Shown here in pieces: positions 35,401 through 48,870 of a stretch of DNA of 64,000 bases. The position numbers were made by a program, and so were the translations under genes. Each line of letters begins with the position of its first letter. The first letter of the stretch is position 1. The notes beneath the pieces are model-generated. The model had not been told where the DNA came from, did not search any database, and was given only the letters and a program-made list of their open reading frames with translations. Origin of the DNA: Adineta vaga (taxonomy: Eukaryota > Animalia > Rotifera); NCBI GenBank assembly GCA_021613535.1, contig CP075493.1:13144001-13208000 (forward strand), read 5' to 3'.

Positions 35401-38400
35401 GAACCAAGTATAATCTTCTGCGTAGAATCGGTCGTATAAGCTATATAAAAAAATGAGATTCAAATTACATATAGTTTATAAACGAAACATTTACCATAAA
35501 ATGAATAATCTGTGATACCATTTTCATCAAACCAATTTGAACAGCTAATATTAAATAACGTTGTTATTGTACCATTTGGAGGATTTATTGAACAAGAACC
35601 ATAGCGTGGTGGTTGATTGATAACAAAATCTAGTGCACCTAAACTGATTTTTCTATTAAATGCATAAGCAACTTCAAAACGCCAATAAGAAATATTTGTA
35701 TATTGAGAAAATAAATGATTTGTTATTGTGAAATTTCCTGTATGTATTCCTTAAGAGTGAAAAAAAAACGAATTTGATATCTGAAATGCTAGATTTGATC
35801 ATGTATTTACCGAAAACTTGATTGGTATCATAAAATGAATTTAATGAAGTCCATATGACAGTATTTGTCGAGTGATTTTTTGAACCTTGATAAATATTCC
35901 ATGTAATATTTGTTAATAATGTACAATTTCCAATACAAACAGAGAAAAGAGCTATCTGTGTAGTCGGATTTATATATTGATATTGAAGACTTGCCGAACA
36001 CATTGTATGAATGACACAACTATAGAAAATAAAGAAGAAGAAGAAGAAGAAGAAGTAGTGATTGATTCGATTTTCTTTCAATAGAACTTACGCCACAGCA
36101 ATCATTGGAAGTTGAACATTTTCAACATTCACTGATACATAACCATTAGCTTGTATACGAGAATTTTCACGATAAATCATATTAACAAGAAATCGATATG
36201 TTCTGTTACTGAGAAGTGAACCAGCATGTATAATCACCGATGATTGTGGAACATCTGAAAGACCATAACTCCATGCTTTGCTATTATCTATAGTAGAAAT
36301 ATGTCAGTTATTTGAAATTTTTTGCCGATGTGCATCCAATAATACATACTAGATTTATTCGAAAAACACGGATGATTAGGTTCGTCAAGTTGAATTAACG
36401 TTCCATCAATAATCATATGATCTGTATTATCTGTTAGACAATAATATGTATAATTCCAATTCTATAAAGAAAAGAAAAACAAATAATTCAAATTCAATGA
36501 TAATTAGTTACAGTTATATCAAATAAATTTGAGTCTGGATCGATGGAATATTTTCCCGGATCGAGTATTAAATCATTTTCATAACTACTAGTTATAACAG
36601 AAGTACCATATTGAGCAAGATTAACGATAATAGTTGATGGAATAATTGCAATATATACAGATGATGATACAATCAATGTTGTAGAATTAATCATTGTTAA
36701 AAGTAGTTTGAATTGATAAGTACCATAAGAAAGAGTTCGTGGCGGAATAAAAAGCTGATTTGTTGTTATATTTAATCGATGATTAATATTAATTTGTAAG
36801 TCACATGATGTTGTACAATTACTTATAATCCATTGTATGGAAAATGAGTTTAATGAGGTACAATTCTGATTAATGTTTAAATCAATACGAATATTATCAC
36901 CTCGTCGATACTGTGCTGGTGTTAAGAATGATGTATCGTTTGGAATAAGTGTGATCATTGACAAAAAACATTCTAGATATTCATCTGTATAATATATCTA
37001 AAAATGAATTCAACACTTACGAGATAATTTCCGTGAAGTATTCTGCAATTCTTGATTTGTTGTCGAAGTTTCTGGCGTATCCGTTGTTGTCATTAAAGTT
37101 CCTTGTGTACTATATGTTGACATTGATTGTAATGAAGACAATTGTCCTAGATAGCTGCGGATTTTAGTGAACTTTAATATGTGTGAAACAAACCTTCTGT
37201 TGATGTTTGTAATTCTTCAGTTGTATTATCGATACTCTTCGTTGAACTATCATCTGTTGAAAAGTATTGTACATCAGTTGTAGAAGTTTCTATTCTATTC
37301 GATGTCAACGTTGATTGTAATGATGATAATTGTTCTAGATAATATGACATTTTAATAAACTTTAACATAAGTGAAACAAACCTTCTGTTGATGTTTGCAA
37401 TTCTTCAGTTGTATGATCAATACTCTGTGCTAAACTTTCATATGTAGAAGTTTCTATTACATCCGATGTTGTTATTACAGGTTGTTCTGTACTATCTGTT
37501 GACATTGATTGTGTCGAAGAGAATTGTCCTAGATAGTTCCAGATTTTAGTGAGGTTTAACATATGTCAAACAAACCTTCTGTTGATGTTTGTAATTCTTC
37601 AGTTGTGTTATTGATACTGTCTGTTGAACTTTCACCTGTTGAAAAGTACTGTTCATCAGCTGTAGACGTTTGTATCGCATCCGTTGTTAATATTGATTCT
37701 GATGTTGAAAATTGTTCTAGATAAGTTAAAATTTTAATAAACGTTAATATGTGTAAAACAAACCTTCTGTTGATGCTTGTAATTCTTCAGTTGTCTTGTC
37801 GATAGTCTTTTCTGTTGAAAAATACTGTTCATCAGCTGTAGACGTTTCTACCGCATCTGATGTCGACATTGATTGTGTCGACGAGAGTTGTCCTAGATAG
37901 TTCCAGATTTTAGTGAGGTTTAACATGTGTCAAACAAACCTTCTGTGGATGTTTGGAATTCTTCAGTTATGTTATTAATAGTCTGTGTTGAACTATCATC
38001 TGTAGAAAATAAAAGTTCATCGGAATCAGTAGTGGTTAATGTAGTGATTTCGTCTAAGATAAATATACTATAATTATAAATAAAATTATATGAAACTCTT
38101 TCTACCGATTAAATTAGTTGAGTATGAATTTGTTGTCATTAACTCATTTGTAGATATTTGTTCTACTGATGTTGTCTGCTCTAAATGAAATATATTTGAT
38201 TATGAATTCTAAAATTATTTATTTAACTTACTACAATAGTTATTAGTTACAGCAAAGATTTGAATACGTCTATTACCATGATCTGTAACATAAATATTAC
38301 CGGAATTATCGAACGCAATTTGAGATGGATAATACAATTGATTGGCTGCTTGACCAAGTGTACCAGTACATCCTACTAAACAATGAAATCCGTTTGGTCC

Positions 38401-41400
38401 AGATGTTATTATTCGATGAGCAGCCCAATCCGAAATAAAAAGATTGTTATCACTATCAAGTATAACATCTGTTGGGCCCGTGAGTTGAATAGTATTTGCA
38501 GCACCACTTCCTGCTAATGTTATTCCATTCAACTGTCCAGGTTGAAATTGTTGGATTCGGTTATTTGACCAGTCGGCCACATATAAATTGAAATTATTAT
38601 CAACATAAATACCTTTTGGTTCATAGAGTGTGTTGGACGCAGATGCTGCAGTTGTATTACCGGCAATAACAATCCAAGCAGTAGAATTATCATCATCATC
38701 ATCAAGTGGACGTTTTATTACTTGATGGTTATCAGACATTGAACAATAAAGATAATTATTTAAATCAATGAAAATTTGTGTACATGGTAATGTGTCGACC
38801 GAGATTATTCGATCAATTGTGGCATTTAATGTCCATCGAGCGATTTCACCATTATAGAAATAACTAATATAAATATCACCATTTAGAGTAACAAATATAT
38901 CGGAAATAGCTGAGAAATTAGTAGATATTGTTCTTGTAGAATTAATATTATTTTCAAACCATATGTTAATTGAATTGTTATATTCAGATACCATATAAAC
39001 GTTGTTCTTCGTGTCAATGAAAATACCATTAGGTTTCAAGTCAATCGTATCATTACCAAGAAAAGTTGTAGCATTCGAATTCCAGAAAACATCCGGACAA
39101 AACTTTGGTTGATTAAATGATATATCTAAACAATAAATATTTTTAAAAAACAAAATTAAATATTCCAAATCATTTATTACTACGAACCAGATAGATTTAT
39201 TGGTGGTTTAGTAAACGTCTCCATCGTCGTCGACTGATCTTTGAATTAGAAAGAAAAGATAAATAGGAATGTATTGATTATATTTTTGATAATCATTTAT
39301 CAATCAATACCTTCTTGTACACTCGTCATTATGTCAGATGATGATAAAGAAGTATCAGAAAGGATATTTGTTGTTGTTTCATCTATATAGCAAACAAAAT
39401 TAGAAGATTAACTCATTCAAGTTCATAAAGAAAAAAGAAATTGTTTTCTTGAAACTTACCACATGAATTATTTGTAAGCATAAATTTTTGTACTCGTCGA
39501 TTACCAGGATCCAAAATATAGAGATTACCATAACTATCAAAAGCAAGACTTCGTGGATAGAACAAAGTATCTGATGTTGATCCTAATAGACCAGTACATC
39601 CGACTATACACCGAAAACCATCAGGTCCTGATCCAATAATACGAGCTGTGTACCATTCAACAATAAACAAATAGCCATCAGCATCAAGAGTAACTGCTAT
39701 TGGACCAGCAAGTGAAATTGTTCCAGGAGCTCCATCTCCTGCTAATGTTATTCCATCCATCTGTCCCAATAGAAATCGTTGAATCCTATTATTTCCCCAA
39801 TCAGCAACATATAAATAAAAATTATTATCAACAAAAATACCATTAGGCATGTTAAGACAATTTGGTGTTGATTCTAATGATCCATTACCAGCAACAATTC
39901 TCGACGAATTTGAATTATCATCTAATGATTTTGCCATGACTATATGCCGAAGATCCATAGAACAATAGATAGTATTATTTATGTCGATGAAAAGTCCCAT
40001 ACATTGTCCTGGAACAGTAAATACAGATTCACCGTCTGTTGCATTTAATGTCCATTTATCAACTTGACCTTGATTTCCATTATCGACATAAATATCTCCA
40101 TTGATTGTAACAAAACTAGTAGCTGGCAAATTGAGATTAGCAGAAATTATTCTTGTTGCATTATTACTTCCAACTGGCCATACTTGAACAACACTTAGAT
40201 CTAATATAGTTATATAAACTGTATCATAGATATCCACAAATACATGATGTGGGTTAAGACCAATTGTACCATCAGGTGCAAATGTTGTTGCATTTGGATT
40301 CCAAACTGCCTGAGAACAAAATTTTGGCTGATGATTTGATGTACCTATAATCATAAAAAAAAGACTTTAGAATACTGTACTATATATCCGTCTTATTATG
40401 ATATAAAATACTCAAAACTTTAAAAGAACTGTTAATTTAAATTTCATCAAAAGAGTATAGATTGCTCTTCTTTATACTCAATTTTAATATAACAATTCAA
40501 TACGAACCAGACAATCTTCTTGATCGTGTACTTGACATGTCACTTGTCAGCGATTGATCTATATCTTCTCCAGTAGTTGTCATTATGTTCGATAACGATG
40601 ATGATGAAGTATCCAAAAGCATATCTGTCGATATCTCATCTAAAGACAATTTCAATTCAAAATAGAACGCAAAAAAAGAAATAATTACTCGTGCCAGTAA
40701 CAATCGTTGTTTCTTGATCTATAAAAGACAATATTAAAATAGACTGCTACTCTTCACCTATAGAATTCTTTTATTTTCTTAGAACTTACTACATGAATTA
40801 TTTGTAAGTATAAACTTTTGAATTCTTGAATTGCCTTCGTCCGCTACATACAGATTGCCATAACTATCAAAAGCAAGACTTCGTGGATAGAACAAAGTAT
40901 CTGATGTCGATCCTAATGCGCCAGTACATCCAACAATACACCGAAAACCATCAGGTCCTGATCCAATAATACGAGCTGTATGTCGTTCAACAATAAACAA
41001 ATAGCCATCATTATCAAGAATAACTGCTGTTGGACCAGCGAGTGAAATTGTTCCAGGAGCTCCATCTCCTGCTAATGTTATTCCATCCATCTGTCCCAAT
41101 AGAAATCGTTGAATCCTATTATTTCCCCAATCAGCAACATATAAATAAAAATTGTTATCCACAAAAACACCATTGGGATAACTCAAAGTACGTGATGTTA
41201 AACCCATACTTCCGTTACCGGCAACAACTCTTGACAAAGCTGAATCATCATCTAATGATTTGGCAATGACTAACTGACGCTTATCCATAGAACAATAGAT
41301 AGTATTATTCATGTCAATGAAAAGTCCCATACATTGTCCTGGAACAGTAAATACAGATTCACCATCTGTTGCATTTAGTGTCCATTTATCAACTTCACTA

Positions 41401-42436
41401 TTATTTCCGTTATCGACATAAATATCTCCATTGATTGTAACAAAACTAGTAGCTGGTGAATCAAGATTACCAGAAATTATTCTTGTTGCATTATTACTTC
41501 CTACTGGCCATACTTGAACAATACCTAGATCTAATATAGTTATATAAACTGTATCATTAAGATCAATAAATATATTATGTGGGTTAAGACCAATTGTATC
41601 ATTAGATGCAAATGTTGTTGCATCTGGATTCCAAACTGCATGGGGACAAAACTTTGGTCGATGGAAGGAGATACCTATATCAATATACAATAGATGTTAA
41701 CATATTTTTGATATTCTTGCAAATAATGAAATGAAAAATATATGTCATACACGATAGAATGTCATGTTTTTTTTAAAGTTTCAGTCTGGTTCTATTAGTT
41801 GTTCAGAAGTAAAAATATTTTCAAACAATGAAAACATATTTTATGCACACCAGCATATATTCGTTATTACAAGCCTTAAAACGGCACTGATACAAATTTA
41901 GATTCAAAATCGTACTCAGTTACATTTACATCTGTAGGGCATTTTTTAAGGACATAAAAGTCTGTTAGAACGTGTTTAAAAGAATTAATTATTTTTTTCT
42001 TATTTGGAACTAATTAATTTCTTTTAAAATAGTAATTACGAAAAACAACTCATTACTTTTTTTGTGCAAAGTCATCTATAACTACGTCATTGAGATATTT
42101 AATTGCATTTTTTCGGACATTAGGAGGGTGTTATTTGCATATTCATAACCAACATAAAAATGGTTTTGATAATTCAATCAGTACACATTTAAAAAGTGCA
42201 TGTCGAAAACAAAACGTCGATATGAACATATCGTGAAAAATAAATGATAATTGTGAAGTTTAGTTCTCAACAATTTTTCTTTAATATTTACATTCAATAC
42301 AACGAAGGAAGGAAGTATTTATCTTATATATCAGATCGTTTATAAACTATGCTTGCTCGCCTTGGGCTGTCTTACCTTCCATTACACATCCATTTACAAA
42401 GATCAATAACCATAGGATATAATATATTCTATTCAT
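29490..42436 (-). CDS. Polycystin-1/PKD1L-REJ family protein, multi-exon: signal peptide, 3 NHL propellers, Ser/Thr mucin stalk, REJ, GAIN/GPS, PLAT, TM and polycystin channel domain
   Basis: Signal exon 42436-42376 (MNRIYYILWLLIFVNGCVME, phase 1) splices to 41674. REJ region (LILDPGKYSIDPD). GPS region YTSGCYYLD..NWLSDG...QCFST. PLAT (LGSLEYLHIWHDNSG...SWFLKYIIV...FICQRWLAVE). Channel region LIGWATMRQLRIK, YNSGGYVYEF, WIDQYTRA. Last exon ATT CGT TAA ends at 29490. Not every internal junction was verified. Confidence 0.85.
36031..36055. repeat. (AAG)n microsatellite in a polycystin intron
   Basis: AAGAAGAAGAAGAAGAAGAAGAAG; it generates the spurious poly-Phe in ORF 35674-36081. Confidence 0.9.
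37095..38060 (-). repeat. Five to six tandem exon+intron units of about 180-195 bp encoding Ser/Thr-rich mucin repeats
   Basis: AAACCTTCTGT/GGATG recurs at about 37190, 37378, 37572, 37760 and 37937. Exons end TTEELQTSTE-G|GTTTGTTT and mostly start CTAG|G/A-ACAAT. Confidence 0.9.
38215..41690 (-). repeat. Three tandem NHL beta-propeller exons of the polycystin gene
   Basis: ORFs 40779-41690, 39413-40354 and 38215-39168 each begin PKFC and end NNxC|GTAAG. The first two share long near-identical DNA stretches. Confidence 0.88.
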
Positions 42437-43666
42437 GGTCGATATAAACAGATGATTAGCACTCTGTTCTTGTCGTCAATAAATAACTGATGTTTTAAAA
42501 TTTATTTGTTTGACTATATCGTATGCGGTAAAAATGAGAAATGAACAATGAGGAAGAACAAAATTATTTTATTTTATTTTCAAGATTTCCTTAAAGAAAA
42601 TGATCAATTTTTTTTTAAAGAATACAATGACGTTAAGCATTTCTATATAAGTACGGTTTATTAGAACATTTCAACTGAAAACAACAGGAAACGTTGAATA
42701 TTGTATAAATAACATCTATATAAAATAGCAAAAAAAGAATTTGTTTGTAGAGTGCATGTCGTCAGTGATAATGACGATTATAAAATGCACTACATAAATT
42801 GAACAGGTGAATATTTAATGAATAGTTTTGAATTTCAAATACATCAACCAGAGTGGGATTGATTGAAAAGAAATAATGCAAGGATCATATGAATTCTATT
42901 CGAGATCATCAAAAAATAGGATTTTACTTGTTAACCTATTTCTTATTGCTTAGAACTACGTGAACTTACAACAGTATAGAAGAAAACAAAACTCATCTGA
43001 GATAAAATATCTCTTATCTCACAACGTGATAGGAAAATGAAAATGAGTGTGACTTATACAAAAATATGATTCATTGAGTTACTAATTTGTTAATTATATA
43101 ATAAAAATGAATCATATATATTAGTATATTGGAAGTTTGAGAAATATTCTGCAAGCTTTGAAAAAGTTTACGATGAAGGTATCGATGATAGCGAGTTCGC
43201 GTAAAAGAAGAACTTCATTTCGGCACTCATACTACATTTTCGTTGTTATAAAAAGTCTCTATTTTTTGTAATTGAATATACTATGTATTTAGTAGCCGCC
43301 TTTTCTTTATGATGTGAATGTATTACGTTTAGTCATCAATCATATGTAATTACATTCACCTTGCAGTAGACTCTTATCGCGTCCTTTTTACCTTTTTATC
43401 ATCGTTTTATGTGCGTTTGCACATTTGAATGTGATGTTTCTTTCTATACTCGAATCTTCTACCACTTCATCATAAAACTAAATTTCATACTCATCGTACA
43501 TTTTTCTACGCAATACTGTTATCAAATTCTTTTTACTTTTTTACCTCTGTTTAAACTGATATCTTTCTCTCCTATTTAAAGCTACTCACTACACATTTTC
43601 TGTCAATATTATATTTTAAACACATCTTCTTTGTTGTCAACATTTTCATCTTGAAGAATTCTTAAC

Positions 43667-43999
43667 ATGAAATCATTTATCGTCATATGCGTCTTAATTG
43701 GATTATTGGTTCAGAGCAGCAGCGGTACACGTTGTGTTTGCAAATGTTGTGACACAGATGGTTGTGATCCATCTAAGGGTACATCACAATCATTCGATTT
43801 AGCTGGTGTATGCAATCCTGTAACCTGTAATCGTGCGACATGCTCAGTTAATTTTAAAGAATGTCCAATACCAACATCTGCCGGAAAGGTTGATGCAACA
43901 TGTGGTGAATCAAGCATGGCTTCTACAACAACACCTATTGTATTTGCCAGTTTAGGTGCAATTTTCCTTGGAATTTTTATGAAAAGAAACTTATATTGA
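43667..43999 (+). CDS. Small secreted 10-Cys protein with a probable GPI-anchor or C-terminal membrane signal
   Basis: Signal MKSFIVICVLIGLLVQSSSG; CxCxCC start; 10 Cys in the mature part; SSMAS then hydrophobic PIVFASLGAIFLGIFM. TATTTAAA lies upstream at about 43573. Confidence 0.8.
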   Translation: MKSFIVICVLIGLLVQSSSGTRCVCKCCDTDGCDPSKGTSQSFDLAGVCNPVTCNRATCSVNFKECPIPTSAGKVDATCGESSMASTTTPIVFASLGAIFLGIFMKRNLY

Positions 44000-44323
44000 T
44001 AATCTTGAACATATTTTTTATTTTGTGTACTAAATAAACTTCGAATAAAATGATCTTCTTTGTTGCATCGAGAGAAAAGGAAAAAGAAGGATGAAGAATT
44101 GAGTAGAGCAAATAGATTCTCACCTCTATACCTTAGCATTCAATATAATGTGCTCTTCGTCGAATAGAAACCGAAGAAAAATAAAATTAAGTTGATCCTA
44201 CCAGCTTATCATATACATAAATGTCAGTACATGATTTGCATATACTGATATATAACAGAAGAATCATTGAGAAGCTTTGTACGTAAGTTATTATGAAGAA
44301 TAGTTGCTTGTTCATTAGATTAG

Positions 44324-45280
44324 TTGTCATTTTCTGTACTTTGGTCGATTACACCATTAGTAATAGTGTCTAGTTTTATGTCTGCTTACGGACTTACAGT
44401 ACGTTCTTCTTCTCAGCTCAATAATCAACTTTATGAAGTCGTAGTAGCATCAAATGAAGTACGTAATAATCAAAAGATTCGAATACTTCTTCCATTGGAT
44501 TATACTACTGACAATAATAATAATCGTCGATATCCCGTCCTATACTTATTACATGGTTCGTTTGGCGGTGCTGAAGATTGGACGATATTGGGTAGAGCTC
44601 AAAGTATTTGTGGTAATGCATCATTAATTACCGTAATGCCAAATGGTGATCCGTTTGGATTCTATACGAATTGGATTCTTCCTGGTAATTCTACTCCACA
44701 AAATTGGCTTACATTTCATATGGAGCAATTAGTACCTTGGATCGATTTTAATTTACGTACAGTTGCTAGAAAACAAGGACGTGCTATTGCTGGTCTTTCA
44801 ATGGGTGGATTTGGTGCTATTCATTATGCTGAATTTTATCCTGATAGATTCATATATGCAGTAAGTTTTTCTGGTGCTCTTGACTTACTTAATAAGGATA
44901 TACAAAATGTAATTCTTAATTTAATTATGATTGATGATAGTCCATCATTAATTGGTCCATTCGGTTATCCTAATGCGTCGTCTATCGATGCTAATGGATG
45001 GTTCATTTATGATCCAATCACTCATGCTAAAGACTTACGTAGTACAATGGTAGCACTCTATACAGGTAATACAGGTACTTTAGAGAGTATACTACGGAAT
45101 AGTAGTTATTATTTACGCGATACATTGGTATCATTGAATATTTCGATTCACTTCAATGATTATGAAAATGGACAGTCGATTGAAAATGATTGTGATGGAG
45201 CACATACTTGGTCATGTTGGAATGCAGCACTCATTGATGTTTTTCCTCGAATAATGGCTATTTTACAACAAGACTTATAA
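44324..45280 (+). CDS. Alpha/beta-hydrolase esterase of the antigen-85 / putative-esterase type (bacterial-like), intronless; start codon uncertain
   Basis: RRYPVLYLLHG, AIAGLSMGGFGA (GxSxG nucleophile), GAHTWSCW (catalytic His). ORF opens with TTG; the nearest upstream ATG (44293) is out of frame; in-frame ATG at 44378. Confidence 0.85.
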   Translation: MSFSVLWSITPLVIVSSFMSAYGLTVRSSSQLNNQLYEVVVASNEVRNNQKIRILLPLDYTTDNNNNRRYPVLYLLHGSFGGAEDWTILGRAQSICGNASLITVMPNGDPFGFYTNWILPGNSTPQNWLTFHMEQLVPWIDFNLRTVARKQGRAIAGLSMGGFGAIHYAEFYPDRFIYAVSFSGALDLLNKDIQNVILNLIMIDDSPSLIGPFGYPNASSIDANGWFIYDPITHAKDLRSTMVALYTGNTGTLESILRNSSYYLRDTLVSLNISIHFNDYENGQSIENDCDGAHTWSCWNAALIDVFPRIMAILQQDL

Positions 45281-46053
45281 TTAATATAATTTTCATGACC
45301 ATATAAATATATTGAAGGATTTGAGGAAAAGTTTAATCAATAAAATAATATATTTTTATGCAGGTATGTACGAATGTATGCATGGTAGAACCTGATGAAA
45401 TTTTCAGAATTTGTGCGGCTTTTCTCGTTGATCATAAAACGTTTTTTTAATTTTATGTGGTCTTTCGATTAGGGTCTTGATGGGCAAATAGACAGTTCAA
45501 TAGAATAGATCTTGTTCTATACAAGATGGCATATTTTGTTTTTTGATGTATCTATTTATGAGTTGATATCGATATTGTCTTCTCTCGAAATCTTCAATTC
45601 GACTTTTCAAAAGATATTTTTAATGTATCAATCAGGTATGATAACACAAGATTACTGATTGCTTATGCTACATCATAGAGCGTTTTGCAACCTACTTCAT
45701 ATGTATTTGTGTAATTGAACATGTGTTTATTTCTTTTACTCTTATGTCTTGTGATAGGAAACAAGAGTTGTTCTATGGCCATAGATGATTGCTTTACTAC
45801 TCATAGTTAATGAAAAAAAAAACAAATAGTTCACCATTGTCTTTACTCACATATTATTATTCGATACACTCATTTGCCTATCACACGATCAGTATTGAAA
45901 CAATAACTACTTAAATAATACTGAACATTATTTCGAGTAGTTTATCTGCTTTTATTAGTATTTCATTTAGCATGGATGACGAGAAAATACACTGTCATGT
46001 GGTGAAGTTAATGAAAAAAGCAATGATTCATATTTAAAATGAATGCATCAACT

Positions 46054-47717
46054 TTAATATTGTAAGAGGACGCTAATAGTATTTGAAGCAGAATTACTGA
46101 CAATAATATCAGGAAGACCATCATTATTAACATCATTTACTACTACAGAGTGTGGATTGCCGCCGACTGTACAAGTAACTTGATTGGAAAACGTACCATT
46201 GCCTGTATTGAATAAAATTATAACATTGTCCGAACCCGAATTCGCGACAATAATGTCAGCTTTGTTATCTCCATTCATGTCATTAACCGCAACAGAATAG
46301 GGCATGCTACCGACTGAGTACGTGATTTGATTCAAAAATGTTCCATTACCTGCATTGAAAAGGATGCTGATAGTGTTTGAATCAGAATTTGCGACAATAA
46401 CATCTGATTTAGTATCGTCATCGAGATCAAATACTGCAATTGAATATGGCTTACTACCAACTGAATAAGTAATTTGATTTAAAAATGTGCCGTTACCTCT
46501 ATTAAAAAGAATGCTAATGCTGTTCGCACCAGAATTTGAGGTAATAATATCAGGTTTGTTGTCGTCATTTACGTCAATGGCAACAACTGAATATGGCATA
46601 CTACCAACTGTATAAGTAATCTGATTCAAAAACGTGCCATTGCCTTTATTAAGTAGTACGCTAACTGTACTTGAATAATAATCTGTAGCCATAATATCAG
46701 GCATACCATCATTATTCAAATCGATTACTGCAACTGAATATGGACTAGAATCGAGTGAGTAAGCCACTGAATCAAAAAAAGTGCCATTATCTCTGTTAAG
46801 GAGAACACTGACTTTGACTGCACCCTTATTTCCGACAATTATATCAAGTTTACTATCATTATTCACGTCAACTATAGCTAATGAACTTGGACCACTGGCA
46901 ACTGAATAAGTGATCGAATTCGAAAACGTTCCATTACCTTCATTGAAAACAATGCCGATATTGTTCGAATTAGAGTTTGCGACAATGATATCCGATTTAT
47001 TATCACGATTCAAATCACCGACGGCAACGGCTTCCGGAAAATAGCCGACTGTATACGTTACTTGACTACGAAACGAGCTGGAAACTATACGTAAGAAAAA
47101 ATATTTCTTTTTAATTTCCATTGTTAAAAAAAGACTATTGGAGCCTCGTAAGCTAATGAATTCTGGGAAAGGAAAGCAATTGGTTAAAATACAAATAGAA
47201 ACTCATCATCTTCATTATTTTGAACAGTCAAAGAAATATTTTATTTTCATTGTACAGCATAATCTAAATCTATGTTTTATGTAAAGAACATCACTAACCA
47301 CTTCTTGTTGTAGCTGTTGTTGTTGATGATGATGACATGGAAGTCAAAGTTGATGTTGAGGTAGCTATGAATTAAATGAGAGAATTAATGACGAGACGAA
47401 TTTTGTTTATAAAACTTACGATTCGTGTAAATTGATACTGATGATTGTTTATTAAATATAAAGGTAGAATTGGAATAAAATTCAATAAAAATCGAACTTG
47501 TATTCGAATAAAATAAATGACAAGTCTGATTTGTTGAAAAATAATTTAAAGCATATGCCAATTCATTTGAGTTTATCATTTGGCAAATACATTGTTCTTG
47601 AGTGATATTGAACAATGATATACTTGTATTACCAATCAATACGCAATTCTCTATTTTACCGATACTAATAGAATTAATAATAGAGAGTAATGATAAAAGA
47701 ACAAGTTTCCAAAGCAT
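46054..47717 (-). CDS. Secreted protein: Apple/PAN-like domain + Ser/Thr linker + FG-GAP/VCBS-repeat beta-propeller; 3 exons (47717-47420, 47364-47299, 47084-46054)
   Basis: Signal MLWKLVLLSLLSIINSISI; QCICQM...ALNYF..NQTCHLFY. Phase-1 introns join in frame. Seven repeats of PxSVAVxDxNxDxKxDIIVAN...VSVLxNxGNGTF. Confidence 0.85.
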
Positions 47718-48229
47718 GTTTGGTTTTCTAACGAGTTTCATCAAATGTTCTCTTGTATATTTCTTCTATAGATTCAATGTAATCACAATATTCAATTGCT
47801 ATGAATACGTTTATTACAGAGAAGAGGAACAAAATGAATTGCATTTCTCTTACTCGAATAGAACTTTTTTTAATGAATTATTGTTTGAAAAAAAGGATCT
47901 AGCGGAAATGAAATGGAATTTGTTTTATCGAATCTAACCATATGATCTTGACAGAAGAAATCATCTTAAGAATGTCAGTGTTCGAATTCTATCTACAAGA
48001 GCTGTTCTTTGTTTTTGGTGTAGTTTGGTTTTTTTAATATCCTAAAAGATTGGCAGTAGACAATAACAAGGAAATTGAAGAGAAATTTCTTCTTTTTTTA
48101 GGTTTTATCATTTTATATTAATATCTAAATTCATATAGGAAATTAACAATGTAAATCAAATATGAGAAACGATCCATTTATTAATTGATTTTCTATATCA
48201 TTTTTGTCTAGAACATTATAAAATTTTCT

Positions 48230-48870
48230 TTCAAGAAATAGATCACATTTGATAAATACATATTTATTGTCCAAAAACAAGAAAAGAAAACAATACTTTT
48301 ACAATAGAACATTGACCTGTTACTCGAATAATAAATAGAAACTATTTTTGCAATAACTATATTCGTGATCAAAGCAGCAGATGCAACTCTAATCTTTAAT
48401 TCGAACATTTTTCATTATCTATAAACATAAAATAATCAGTAGAAAATGAATAGCAACTCAGCACTCTAACATATATATTAGATTGAAAATAGCAAAAGTC
48501 ATTACCGGATATAGATGTTATAATATTCATAGAAACTAATGTATGATTATGGTTTATTAACCAAAATATGGTTACAATGATGATACGTTTGTAAGCAAGA
48601 CGAGTCTGGTACTTCTTCGTCTAAGTTAAAGCACTATGCGAAGTAATTGTTGTTCGATCAATGGAAGCTAATACTAGATAATATGATGATAATACATCGA
48701 AAAGAAATAGTGTATAGAAATGAAATCGAATCGATTGTTATACTATGGAGAATAAGACTGAGTAACAATCGAGAAGATATTATCGATATTAAATATATTG
48801 AACATGGATTTTTTTCATAAATTCTTTCTGCTAAAAACAAAAACACTAAATATGCAACTAAAAATTCCTA
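48230..48870 (-). pseudogene. Decayed GPCR paralogous to 59921-60892
   Basis: Fragments KNPCSIYLIS (about 48790-48815) and YLVLASIDRTTITSHSALT*..RRST (about 48605-48680) match LRKNPCSIYM and CLILASIDRLLVTSPHALTRQRST, with stops and frameshifts. Confidence 0.7.

Noticed and set aside
37174-37926. Regularly spaced repeats as a possible CRISPR array
   Set aside because: Units are about 185 bp exon+intron duplications whose intervening sequences are homologous and coding; eukaryotic context and no cas genes.
45360-45640. MITE-like low-complexity segments here and at about 11230-11330, 25720-25830, 41770-42240 and 63140-63320
   Set aside because: No convincing terminal inverted repeats, target duplications or second copies could be found by eye.
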